Assembly: GCA_028718635.1 (NCBI GenBank)
Contig: JAQULK010000001.1
Span: 396,818 to 460,817 of the forward strand
Length of the DNA stretch: 64,000 bases
Origin: Minisyncoccota bacterium
GTDB lineage: Bacteria > Patescibacteriota > Minisyncoccia > Phycocordibacterales > UBA9973
Direction of reading: 5' to 3'
In this document: positions 9,017 through 17,628 of the stretch, piece after piece
Position numbering within the stretch: position 1 is the stretch's first letter
Layout: each line of letters opens with the position of its first letter
Notes under the pieces: model-generated
Seen by the model: only the letters and a program-made list of their open reading frames with translations
Told to the model about the DNA's origin: nothing
Database searches by the model: none
Translations under genes and position numbers: made by a program

Positions 9017-9650
9017 AATGACGAAAAACAAAAAATGCAAAGTTATTTTTGGAAATTTTTAAAAACAAAAAAAGGAGGGCAACAAAATGAAGCCCTCCGA
9101 AGTGTGCGTTAAAAAACGCTGTTAAATATCTTTGACATACAACCTGAATCCGCCGCCACCCCACGCCGACCACTGCTCAAGGCTGATTGTCCTTTCGGGG
9201 CTTATTACATCCTTGAGTTCCTCGATGTCGGCCTGGTCAAGCTCGGCACTGAACTCGCCAGGAAAGTCACATTTGGGGTGTTTGAACACGATTTTATTGC
9301 CCTCAAATGCGATGTCGGCGGTTCCGTCCCTAAACAGTGCCTTCGGAAATGACGCGCAAAAATCGATTGACTCCGTGTGTGGTTTTGCGCTCAGCTTAAC
9401 GCCGTTTATTCTTCCTGCATCATTCTTTGTTACCTCAACGTCAATCTCGTAGTTCATGGCCGCCTCCTCTTTTGGATTGTTTTTAAAAATTTCCAAAAAT
9501 AACTTGGAAATCGATGTGGTTAGATGTCGTTACTACCTTTAAAGAACTTCAAAGTAGTATACAGATTGTAGCGAAAATGTCAATATCGATTTCCTTTTGT
9601 TTTTCGTCACATCAGACAACACAGCACATGCGGTTCAGAAATTTCTCATT
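9008..9650. mobile_element. Cassette 2 of integron-like array (its att site truncated)
   Basis: starts GTTGTCTGA, complementary TCAGACAAC at 9612-9620; perfect 29-bp inverted repeat 9040-9068/9477-9505. Confidence 0.7.
9122..9457 (-). CDS. Hypothetical protein, 111 aa (cassette 2 cargo)
   Basis: GAGGAGG SD before ATG 9457; TTGACA-16-TATACT promoter at 9556-9583; ggagggc/gccctcc terminator near 9073-9098. Confidence 0.7.
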   Translation of the reverse strand: MNYEIDVEVTKNDAGRINGVKLSAKPHTESIDFCASFPKALFRDGTADIAFEGNKIVFKHPKCDFPGEFSAELDQADIEELKDVISPERTISLEQWSAWGGGGFRLYVKDI

Positions 9651-9657
9651 TAAAGAG

Positions 9658-10415
9658 AAAGGGGTCAGGTACCTTTAATTTAAAAATATGATATAATAAA
9701 AAAATGCCACGTTCACCACGAGTCGATGTTGGAAATGAGTTATACCATGTGATCAACCGTGCTAATGCTCGTTTACCTATTTTCTTCAAAGAAGAAGATT
9801 TTGAACTTTTTGTTTCTATTTTAGAAGATGCACAAAAAAAATACGACATGAGAATTATTGCATATTGTTTAATGCCAAATCACTTTCATCTTGTTTTATA
9901 TCCAAGACAAGATAATGATTTGCAGAAATTTATGCAATGGGTAACACTTACTCACACTCAAAGATGGCACATCCATAACAAAACAATTGGTAGTGGACAT
10001 CTGTATCAAGGGAGATATAAATCTTTTTTAATAGAAGGGGATAAGCATCTTTTGTCTGTGATTCGTTATGTAGAACGCAATCCATTACGCGCAAAATTAG
10101 TTAAAAAAGCAGAGAATTGGAAATTTAACAGTTTGTCATATAGGCTTTTTAAAAATACTAATAAAAAACTTCTATCCAAATGGCCAATAGAAGAACCGAA
10201 AGATTATCTTTCTTTTGTAAATACACCGCAAACAAATTTTGAAGAGGAAAGTATTAGAATACCAATAATTAAAAGTAACCCATTTGGAAGCATTGATTGG
10301 TCGATTAAAACTATTAAAAAATTTGGTCTTGAATCAACAATTAGACAAAAAGGAAGACCTAGAAAAGGTACCTGACCCCTTTTATTCCTAGAAAAGGTAC
10401 CTGACCCCTTTTATT
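9658..10415 (+). mobile_element. Y1/RAYT transposase element with 19-bp inverted ends and a tandemly duplicated right end
   Basis: aaaggggtcaggtaccttt (9658-9676) / aaaggtacctgaccccttt (10364-10382); 29-bp direct repeat 10358-10386 and 10387-10415. Confidence 0.8.
9704..10375 (+). CDS. REP-associated tyrosine (Y1/HUH) transposase
   Basis: MPR..R, YHVINR, CLMPNHFHL (HUH), GHLYQGRYKS, RYVERNP. Confidence 0.9.
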   Translation: MPRSPRVDVGNELYHVINRANARLPIFFKEEDFELFVSILEDAQKKYDMRIIAYCLMPNHFHLVLYPRQDNDLQKFMQWVTLTHTQRWHIHNKTIGSGHLYQGRYKSFLIEGDKHLLSVIRYVERNPLRAKLVKKAENWKFNSLSYRLFKNTNKKLLSKWPIEEPKDYLSFVNTPQTNFEEESIRIPIIKSNPFGSIDWSIKTIKKFGLESTIRQKGRPRKGT

Positions 10416-10423
10416 CCTTTTAT

Positions 10424-10744
10424 TTGGTTACAAGAGAAAAAGGGGAATTCTCAGGTTGTTGGGAGACGCCTGGGGGACATATAGAACAGGGAGAAACACC
10501 AGAAGAGGCACTCATCAGAGAAGTCAAGGAAGAAGCAGGAGTTGATGTAAGAATTATAAAATTTTTAGGCATTTTTGAAAACAACAATAGTATTTGTAAT
10601 TATTTTGATTGTGAATTAGTGTCACCTAGGCAAATTGAGGGAAATAATCAAATAAGATTAATTTCCGTTAATGATATTTCAAAATATACAATAACACCAT
10701 TTGCCCTTGAGAATTTAATCAAGCTAGGGCTTTATAAAAAGTAA
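10424..10744 (+). pseudogene. NUDIX hydrolase, probably 5'-truncated
   Basis: Nudix box GGHIEQGETPEEALIREVKEEAG; begins at a TTG directly after the transposon end and lacks the usual first beta strand. Confidence 0.6.
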
Positions 10745-10771
10745 ATGTAAAATATATGACGAATAGTTAGT

Positions 10772-11224
10772 TTATAGTTCCAACCTTAGATAATCTCTCC
10801 CATTTACCTCATCGAGTTCTTCACTAAATCCTTCTTTAAGTAAAAATTCTTCACCTTCTTCAGTGTCAGCAATTGCAGTGATATATTCGCAATTGTTTTT
10901 TGTAGCAATATTCTTGAGTTCCAAAATTAAATTTTTCATTACACCCCCACCTTGTGATTCTTTTTTAGTTAACATTATGCCGATAGAAAGATATTGCATA
11001 CCTTTTTCATCTTTATTAATGACATAGCTAATCATTCCCTCGATTTCATTGTCTTTGTTTCTCTTTTCTATAACATCCATTCCTTCTAACCCACTATTTA
11101 TGAGTTCATCCATTTTATAATTGCTTTTTTTCTGAGGATAGTTTTCTTTAACAAAACGCTCTCTTTCTACAAAAAGAATTTTGTCATCTTTTCTTTCATT
11201 TTTAATTTGATCAAAATTTGTCAT
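10772..11224 (-). CDS. GNAT-family acetyltransferase
   Basis: QGGGV acetyl-CoA motif, FL.KEGF. Confidence 0.6.
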   Translation of the reverse strand: MTNFDQIKNERKDDKILFVERERFVKENYPQKKSNYKMDELINSGLEGMDVIEKRNKDNEIEGMISYVINKDEKGMQYLSIGIMLTKKESQGGGVMKNLILELKNIATKNNCEYITAIADTEEGEEFLLKEGFSEELDEVNGRDYLRLEL

Positions 11225-11233
11225 AGATTTTAG

Positions 11234-11767
11234 CTATCTAGGTAATTCTTCCCTTATGTCTTTTGCATGGTCGATAAAGAGTATGCCTTTTAGGTGGTCA
11301 GTCTCGTGTTGGAAGATCTGCGCCAAAAGACCCGAGGCGCCGCGAGTGAATTTTTTGCCATTTTCATCATAAGCTGTAACTGTTGCTTTTTTTGATCTAA
11401 AAGTATTCCCATAGAGCCATCTGACGGACAGACATCCTTCTGGCACCCACATTTTCTCACGGGAAAGTTTGGAAATTTTTGGATTGATAAAAATTAAATC
11501 TTTAGGGATTTCTTTTTTGTTAATTTCTTTTAATTCATCTTTTCCTCTTAAAAAATCTTTATGAAAAATTTTTCCAGAAACGACAAAAATTTGTAAATTA
11601 TATCCGATCTGCGGTGCCGCTATGGCCACGCCGTCATCTTGGCTCTTGAGAGCCGCAGACATTTCTTTTAAAACCTTTTTTATTTTAGGAGTTGTAATTT
11701 CTTTTACGGATATTTCTTTTGCTTGTTCGCGTAAAACTTTATTTTCTTTTTGAACTATTTTCTTCAT
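11234..11767 (-). CDS. def: Peptide deformylase
   Basis: GVAIAAPQIG, EGCLSV, QHETDHL. Confidence 0.95.
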   Translation of the reverse strand: MKKIVQKENKVLREQAKEISVKEITTPKIKKVLKEMSAALKSQDDGVAIAAPQIGYNLQIFVVSGKIFHKDFLRGKDELKEINKKEIPKDLIFINPKISKLSREKMWVPEGCLSVRWLYGNTFRSKKATVTAYDENGKKFTRGASGLLAQIFQHETDHLKGILFIDHAKDIREELPR

Positions 11768-11804
11768 TGTTTTTTCCGTAGTGAGCTTTGTTCTACTACT
11801 GGGA

Positions 11805-13121
11805 CTATTTAAGTTCTTTAAGATATTCCAGAAGCTTAGTCAACTTAACTGTTTCTTGCGATCTATTTGACATATCTCGAACAATAACAGAATTATCAAG
11901 AGCTTCTTTTAATCCAAAGATTATGGCGTGGGGAATAGAAAGCTTTTCCGCGATAGCTAGTTGAGACCCAAGACTGTCTTTGGAGAGCGATTGGGCTATA
12001 GGAATGCGTGCTTTGCGCAATATTTCAATAATATTCAAGCTTTTTAATTTTGCCTCAGGGCCTAATTGGATGAAATAAATTTTTGGTTTCTTGAGAATGC
12101 GGGGTGAAAGTTTTTTATACCAATCTGATGCGATTATTCTATCTACTCCGATGGATATTCCCACTGCCGGCACATCGCGCTTGTTTCCCATTTGGCGAGC
12201 CAAATAATCATAACGTCCGCCACCAGCCAAAGTGAGCGGAGCGCCTTCTTCACCGCCTGTTTGCTCAATAATTTCAAAAACTGTCCGGGTATAATAGGAA
12301 ATTCCCCGCACTAAATTTTTATTCACATTGTAAGATATGCCCATTTCCTCCAAGTATTCCAGCACTTCTTTGAAATGTTTTTTGCATGAGGCGCAAAGAA
12401 AGGAAACTGAATCGGGGGCATTTTCATTGATTTCTTTTGTTTTTGGATCTTTTGAATCTAAAATCCGAAGCGGATTTGTTTTTAGGCGCTCTCTGTCTAT
12501 TGCTCCTAAATTATTCAGGTGTTTTTTATAATAACTTGTAAGTTCTTTGAGATACACATTTCGACATTCTTTATCGCCGATTGAATTTATGTCAATTGTC
12601 AGGTTCGTTGCTCCCGCTTCTTCTAAAATACTCATACCCACTTTTATTACCAATGCATCCATAATGCTTTTATCATTACCAAGGCAATCTAAATCAAATT
12701 GCCAAAATTGCCGGTAGCGTCCTCTCTGAGGTTTGTCATGTCTAAAAACCGGACCGTATTGATAAAACATTACAGGCTGAGGCAGGGTTTGCATTCCATG
12801 TTCTATATAAGCGCGCATTAGGGGAGCAGTGTGTTCGGGACGCAACGCTAGGTGATCTCCGCCTTTGGTTTTGAGGGTGTACATCTCTTTATCTATAATA
12901 TCTGTCCCCAGGCCGATCGTTCTAGAAAAAATTTCTTCATTTTCCAATATCGGAGTATCTATCGGTTTGAAACCATAATGCACGGCTACTTCTTGCGCTT
13001 TTTCAAAAAAACCTTGGAAAGAATAATATTCTTCATTCATCAAATCCCTCATCCCCTTAGACGAGGATATTTCCATTGTTTTATTCTTAATTGTCTTTTT
13101 CATATTTTTTGTAGAAAGCAC
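11805..13121 (-). CDS. hisS: Histidine-tRNA ligase
   Basis: LRPEHTA, FRHDKPQRGRYRQF, GGGRYD; exact start uncertain. Confidence 0.95.
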   Translation of the reverse strand: MLSTKNMKKTIKNKTMEISSSKGMRDLMNEEYYSFQGFFEKAQEVAVHYGFKPIDTPILENEEIFSRTIGLGTDIIDKEMYTLKTKGGDHLALRPEHTAPLMRAYIEHGMQTLPQPVMFYQYGPVFRHDKPQRGRYRQFWQFDLDCLGNDKSIMDALVIKVGMSILEEAGATNLTIDINSIGDKECRNVYLKELTSYYKKHLNNLGAIDRERLKTNPLRILDSKDPKTKEINENAPDSVSFLCASCKKHFKEVLEYLEEMGISYNVNKNLVRGISYYTRTVFEIIEQTGGEEGAPLTLAGGGRYDYLARQMGNKRDVPAVGISIGVDRIIASDWYKKLSPRILKKPKIYFIQLGPEAKLKSLNIIEILRKARIPIAQSLSKDSLGSQLAIAEKLSIPHAIIFGLKEALDNSVIVRDMSNRSQETVKLTKLLEYLKELK

Positions 13122-13691
13122 CTAAGGTACTATTTGTTGGTAATTACCAGGCAACAGGTTTAATTTGCTTATCGGCAACAAACGAAGAAATGCTCTTCCT
13201 GTAAATAAATCTTTTTTTACCGGGCCCCAAGCTCTTGAGTCTGAGCTGGCACTTCTGTTGTCGCCCATAACAAAATATTCATCGCTTTTCAGCACAATGT
13301 GCTCTTCGTTGTTGGAAGTATTTTTTACGAAAGGCTGGTCTATCTTGAAACCCTCCGGATGGGCGCTGTTGGTAATAGTTACGTCGTTACCTTTTATATC
13401 CACTGTTTCGTTTGGCAAGCCGATGACTCTCTTAATGAAAAATTTTGTGGTGTCTCCTGGGTATCGGAAAACTACCACATCGTCCCTTTTTGGATTGCCT
13501 AATTCATAAGATATTTTGTCTATTATAAGATAATCTCCGTTTGTAAATGTCGGGACCATCGAACTTCCCGAGACTATAAAAGGCTCAGCGACAAAGGCTC
13601 TGATAGGGACGACGATAATCAATGCTACAAGGGCAAAACGTACTAGCTCCCAAAATGACTGCCATTTGGTTTTTTTAATTTGTTCTTCCAT
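13122..13691 (-). CDS. lepB: Signal peptidase I
   Basis: SGSSMVPT, FIKRVIGLP, MGDNR..S.DSR. Confidence 0.95.
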   Translation of the reverse strand: MEEQIKKTKWQSFWELVRFALVALIIVVPIRAFVAEPFIVSGSSMVPTFTNGDYLIIDKISYELGNPKRDDVVVFRYPGDTTKFFIKRVIGLPNETVDIKGNDVTITNSAHPEGFKIDQPFVKNTSNNEEHIVLKSDEYFVMGDNRSASSDSRAWGPVKKDLFTGRAFLRLLPISKLNLLPGNYQQIVP

Positions 13692-13753
13692 TGCTATAAT
13701 ATAGCATATAATGTCCTTGACAGCTCAGTGTTTTTTGTTGGGTAATATTAAAT

Positions 13754-13800
13754 TCACCTCTCCCCAACCCTCTCCTGTCAGGAGAGGGCGAAGGGTGAGG
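13754..13800. repeat. C-rich/G-rich REP-like hairpin upstream of pth
   Basis: ccctctcctgtcaggagaggg core within tcacc...ggtga; similar to 26478-26553 and 36149-36190. Confidence 0.6.
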
Positions 13801-13821
13801 TTTTGTGTTATAATCCTAACC

Positions 13822-14349
13822 ATGAAATTAGTAGTAGGTTTGGGAAATCCGGGAAAAGAATATGAAAATACTAGACACAATACTGGGCGGATTTTGGTTG
13901 GGATTTTGGAAAAAAAATTGGCGGACAGCAAGATAAAATTTCTTACCCCGGATACTTTTATGAATAATTCTGGAAAAGCTGTTGCGCCTCTGATAAAAAG
14001 TAAAAAAGATTTAAAAGATCTTATAGTGATTTATGATGATATTGATTTGCCAATTGGTAAAATGAAAATTTCCTTTGATAAAAGTTCCGGCGGGCACAAT
14101 GGATTAGAATCGGTTATTAAAAAATTAAAATCACGAGAATTTGTAAGAATCAGGATTGGCATTTCACCTGCCACTCCGAAAGGCGTAGTAAAAAAACCAA
14201 AAGGGGAGAAAGCGGTTTTGAATTTCTTGCTTGGCGAATATAAAAAATCAGAATTGGAAACATTAAAAAAGCTTTCGAAAAAAGTTGCCGAAGCGGTGGA
14301 GATGATTTTTACCGAAAGCAAAGAAAAGGCAATGAGTTTGTATAATTAA
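13822..14349 (+). CDS. pth: Peptidyl-tRNA hydrolase
   Basis: VGLGNPG..Y..TRHN, FMN.SG, GGHNG. Confidence 0.95.
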   Translation: MKLVVGLGNPGKEYENTRHNTGRILVGILEKKLADSKIKFLTPDTFMNNSGKAVAPLIKSKKDLKDLIVIYDDIDLPIGKMKISFDKSSGGHNGLESVIKKLKSREFVRIRIGISPATPKGVVKKPKGEKAVLNFLLGEYKKSELETLKKLSKKVAEAVEMIFTESKEKAMSLYN

Positions 14350-14353
14350 ATAT

Positions 14354-17300
14354 TTAGATCTCTTTTACCGCTTCGATAATGATGCTTTTTTCTCCGTTTT
14401 TATTAGAGACTTTTCCAGAGAGAGCGATACATTTTTCGGCGATAAGTATCTCGATAGATTCTTTAAAGAGGGAAGGGAAAGCAACGGCTTCTATAGAATC
14501 AGTCAAATCTGCAATTTTAAGGAAGGCCATGCGTTCATTATTTCTTGTCACTACTTGCCTGGAAGTTTCTATAATTCCAGCGATGGTGATCTGCATTCCG
14601 TTGCCGAATTCCTCTTTTATTTTTTTGATGTTAACAGTTCTTTTTTCAAGTTTTTCACGCAAGCGATCCAGCGGATGTCCTGAAATATAAAGTCCTAATA
14701 GTTCCTTTTCCCAAAGCAATTTTTCTGCTTGGCTGGCAGTTTGGGCGGTCTGTAATTTGAATTCCGGAGCCTTGATAGAATTTTCACCTCCAAAAAGAGA
14801 AATTTGATTTTGGTTTTGTTTAGAATTTTCATGACTATATTTCAACATTGCCTCTAGATTAGCAAGAAGCACTCCGCGATCCTCCCAATCATCCATGCAT
14901 CCAGATTTGATCAATGCTTCCATTGATTTTTTATTTAAATTTTTATGCTTTATTCTATTTAGAAAATCCGTGATGGATTTGAATTTTCCATTCAATTTTC
15001 TTTCCGCAATTATTGCGTCTGAAATATCAGTGCCTAAATTTTTAATAGTATAAAATCCAAACCTAATCCTTCCTACTTTTTTTTGAGTGGTCGACGTGGC
15101 AGGTTGACCATTTTTGTTTTCTCGAATTACAGTAAAACCCCCATAACTTTCATTGATGTTCGGAGGAAGAATATCAATCTTCATTTTTTTACATTCCTCA
15201 ATTATTTCTGAGATTTTTTCTACGTCCCCTGATTCAGCAGTGAGGATCGCAGCCATATATTCGACTGGATAATGCGCTTTCATATAAGCTGTCTGGTAGG
15301 CCACTCTGCCGTATGAAGCCGCGTGCGCTTTATTGAAACCATATGCCTGAAACGGTTCAAAAAGTTTCCATAATTTTTCAGCAAATTCTGGAGTCTGGCC
15401 GTTTGCGATTATGCCTTTGGTAAATTTCTCTCTCTGGGCAGCCATTTCTTTTGGAATTTTTTTACCAACAGCCTTACGGAACTTATCTGCTTCTTCCCAA
15501 TTGTATCCCGCGAGTTCTATCGCCGAGAAAAGCAAGTCGTCTTGATAGACGATGAGCCCGTATGATTCTCCTAAGAATTTTTTCATTCGAGGATCCAAAT
15601 ATTTTACGAGATTAGGATTATGTTTGCGTTTTATGTATTCCGGTATTGATTCCATAGGTCCCGGACGATAAAGCGCGACCATGGCATTAATATCATGAAT
15701 TGAAGTAGGCTTTAATTCTTTTAGATATCTGGTCATACCGCTGCCGTTTAATTGGAACAAGCCTTCTGTCTGACCACTAGCTAAAAGTTCAAAGGTTTTC
15801 CGGTCGTTCAATGGAATGCGATCTATATCTATATCTATATTGTAGAATTTTTTTACAAGATTTACTGCGTCTGAAAGAATGGCTAAGTTCCTTATTCCCA
15901 AAAAGTCGAATTTAAGCAACCCAGCCTCTTCGGCGCTATACATATCATATTGCGTGATTATCTTTCCTCCTTTTGGATCAAACTGAGTCGGCATATATTC
16001 ATAGATTGGTTGCGGGGCGATGACTACTCCAGCCGCATGCACCGAAATATGCCTGACGCAGCCCTCCAATTTTTTAGCTAAATCAATTATCTCTTTCGTG
16101 TCTTTTTCTTTTTGATACGCCTCTTTTAATTCTGGAACTATCTCCATCGCATGGTCTATGGTCATCGGCATACCTTGCGAACCGAGTGGAATCATTTTTG
16201 AAATTCTATCTCCAGTAGCATAAGGATAGGCAAGTGCTCGAGCGACGTCGCGGATGGCGCCTTTGGCCATCATGGTGCCGAAAGTTCCTATCTGGGCAAC
16301 TTTATCTTCCCCGTATTTTCTTTTAACATATTCAATCATTTCATCTCGTCTGTTGTCGGCATAGTCCATATCGATATCAGGAGGTGAAGGACGAAATGGA
16401 TTTAAAAATCTTTCAAAAGGGAGTTTGTATTCAATTGGGTTTATATTAGTAATACCTAACAGATAAGTAACCATTGATCCCGCGACCGAGCCTCGGATAG
16501 CGCTTAAAATACCATTTTCTTTAGCGTAACGTAGCAGATCACCAACCACCAAGAAATATGGCGAATATCCTTTTTTAAAAATAACTTGTAATTCATATTC
16601 TACTCTTTCTTTGATTTCCGGAGTTTCTTTTAAGTTAAGCCTTTCAAATCCAGCATAGGTGAGTTCTCGCAGTTTCTCATCAGGAGTTTTTCCATCGGGT
16701 ATTTTAAAATCTGGAAAAACCCAACGTCCTAATTCCAATTCCAAATTGCACATTTCTACCACTTTCATAGTATTGGTCACAGCCTCCGGTGTTTCTTTGA
16801 AAAGTTCTTTTGCCTGCTCGGTGTTTACAAAAAAATAATCATCCTCGCCAAAAGTAAATTTATTTTCATCCTTGATGTCTGAGTTGGTCTGAATAGCGAG
16901 CAGAGTTTCATGCGCCTTTCGGTCTTCATGACAAGGATAGTGTGAATCAATTGTCCCTACTAAGGGAATGTTAAATTTTTTTCCAAGAGCAATGATTCTT
17001 TTGTGGACTTCCTCATCGTTGGGTGATTTTGGATGTCTTTGAATTTCTAGAAAATAATTTTCTTTTCCAAAAATTTCCTGATATTCTTTTATTATCGATT
17101 CTCCCTTTTCTTCATCTTTATTCATGAGCGCCTGAGCAAGTTCTCCGCCGAGACATCCTGAAAGAGCAATTATTCCTTCTGAATATTGTCTTAATATTTC
17201 TTTATCCATTCGAGGTTTGTAATAGTATCCTTCCAAGTTTGAGATAGTCACCAGCCTCATCAAATTTTTATAGCCTTGGAGGTTTTTTGCTAGGAGAGTG

Positions 17301-17590
17301 AGATGGTAGTAACGCTTAGCTCCATTTTCTAGTGTCTTATCTTTCCGTGAACCTGCGGTCATATAAGCCTCTACTCCGAGAATTGGTTTGATACCAGCTT
17401 TTTTAGCTAATTTATAGAATTCAATTGCACCGTACATATTTCCGTGGTCGGTAATAGCCAGAGCTCCCATTCCGTTTTTTTTAACTAAATCCACCAAATC
17501 CTCAAGCTTTGAAAGCCCATCCAGTAATGAATAATGGGAGTGAGTATGGAGGTGTATAAACTTTATTTCTGTGTCTTTTTCCATTTTCAT
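14354..17590 (-). CDS. dnaE: DNA polymerase III alpha subunit
   Basis: HLHTHSHYSLLDG, PDIDMD, YGFNKAHA. Confidence 0.97.
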   Translation of the reverse strand: MKMEKDTEIKFIHLHTHSHYSLLDGLSKLEDLVDLVKKNGMGALAITDHGNMYGAIEFYKLAKKAGIKPILGVEAYMTAGSRKDKTLENGAKRYYHLTLLAKNLQGYKNLMRLVTISNLEGYYYKPRMDKEILRQYSEGIIALSGCLGGELAQALMNKDEEKGESIIKEYQEIFGKENYFLEIQRHPKSPNDEEVHKRIIALGKKFNIPLVGTIDSHYPCHEDRKAHETLLAIQTNSDIKDENKFTFGEDDYFFVNTEQAKELFKETPEAVTNTMKVVEMCNLELELGRWVFPDFKIPDGKTPDEKLRELTYAGFERLNLKETPEIKERVEYELQVIFKKGYSPYFLVVGDLLRYAKENGILSAIRGSVAGSMVTYLLGITNINPIEYKLPFERFLNPFRPSPPDIDMDYADNRRDEMIEYVKRKYGEDKVAQIGTFGTMMAKGAIRDVARALAYPYATGDRISKMIPLGSQGMPMTIDHAMEIVPELKEAYQKEKDTKEIIDLAKKLEGCVRHISVHAAGVVIAPQPIYEYMPTQFDPKGGKIITQYDMYSAEEAGLLKFDFLGIRNLAILSDAVNLVKKFYNIDIDIDRIPLNDRKTFELLASGQTEGLFQLNGSGMTRYLKELKPTSIHDINAMVALYRPGPMESIPEYIKRKHNPNLVKYLDPRMKKFLGESYGLIVYQDDLLFSAIELAGYNWEEADKFRKAVGKKIPKEMAAQREKFTKGIIANGQTPEFAEKLWKLFEPFQAYGFNKAHAASYGRVAYQTAYMKAHYPVEYMAAILTAESGDVEKISEIIEECKKMKIDILPPNINESYGGFTVIRENKNGQPATSTTQKKVGRIRFGFYTIKNLGTDISDAIIAERKLNGKFKSITDFLNRIKHKNLNKKSMEALIKSGCMDDWEDRGVLLANLEAMLKYSHENSKQNQNQISLFGGENSIKAPEFKLQTAQTASQAEKLLWEKELLGLYISGHPLDRLREKLEKRTVNIKKIKEEFGNGMQITIAGIIETSRQVVTRNNERMAFLKIADLTDSIEAVAFPSLFKESIEILIAEKCIALSGKVSNKNGEKSIIIEAVKEI

Positions 17591-17628
17591 GATTATACAC
17601 TTTTTTTATTTTTTGGTATAATTTAATT

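Noticed and set aside
10358-10415. 29-bp repeats as a CRISPR array
   Set aside because: Two abutting copies, no spacer, no cas genes; they are the transposon end.
6100-11224. Prophage or ICE around the integrase
   Set aside because: No structural, replication or conjugation genes; no flanking direct att repeats or tRNA target seen.
13711-13821. Long N-terminus of Pth
   Set aside because: Read-through of a REP-like hairpin and promoter; family start is MKLVVGLGNPG at 13822.
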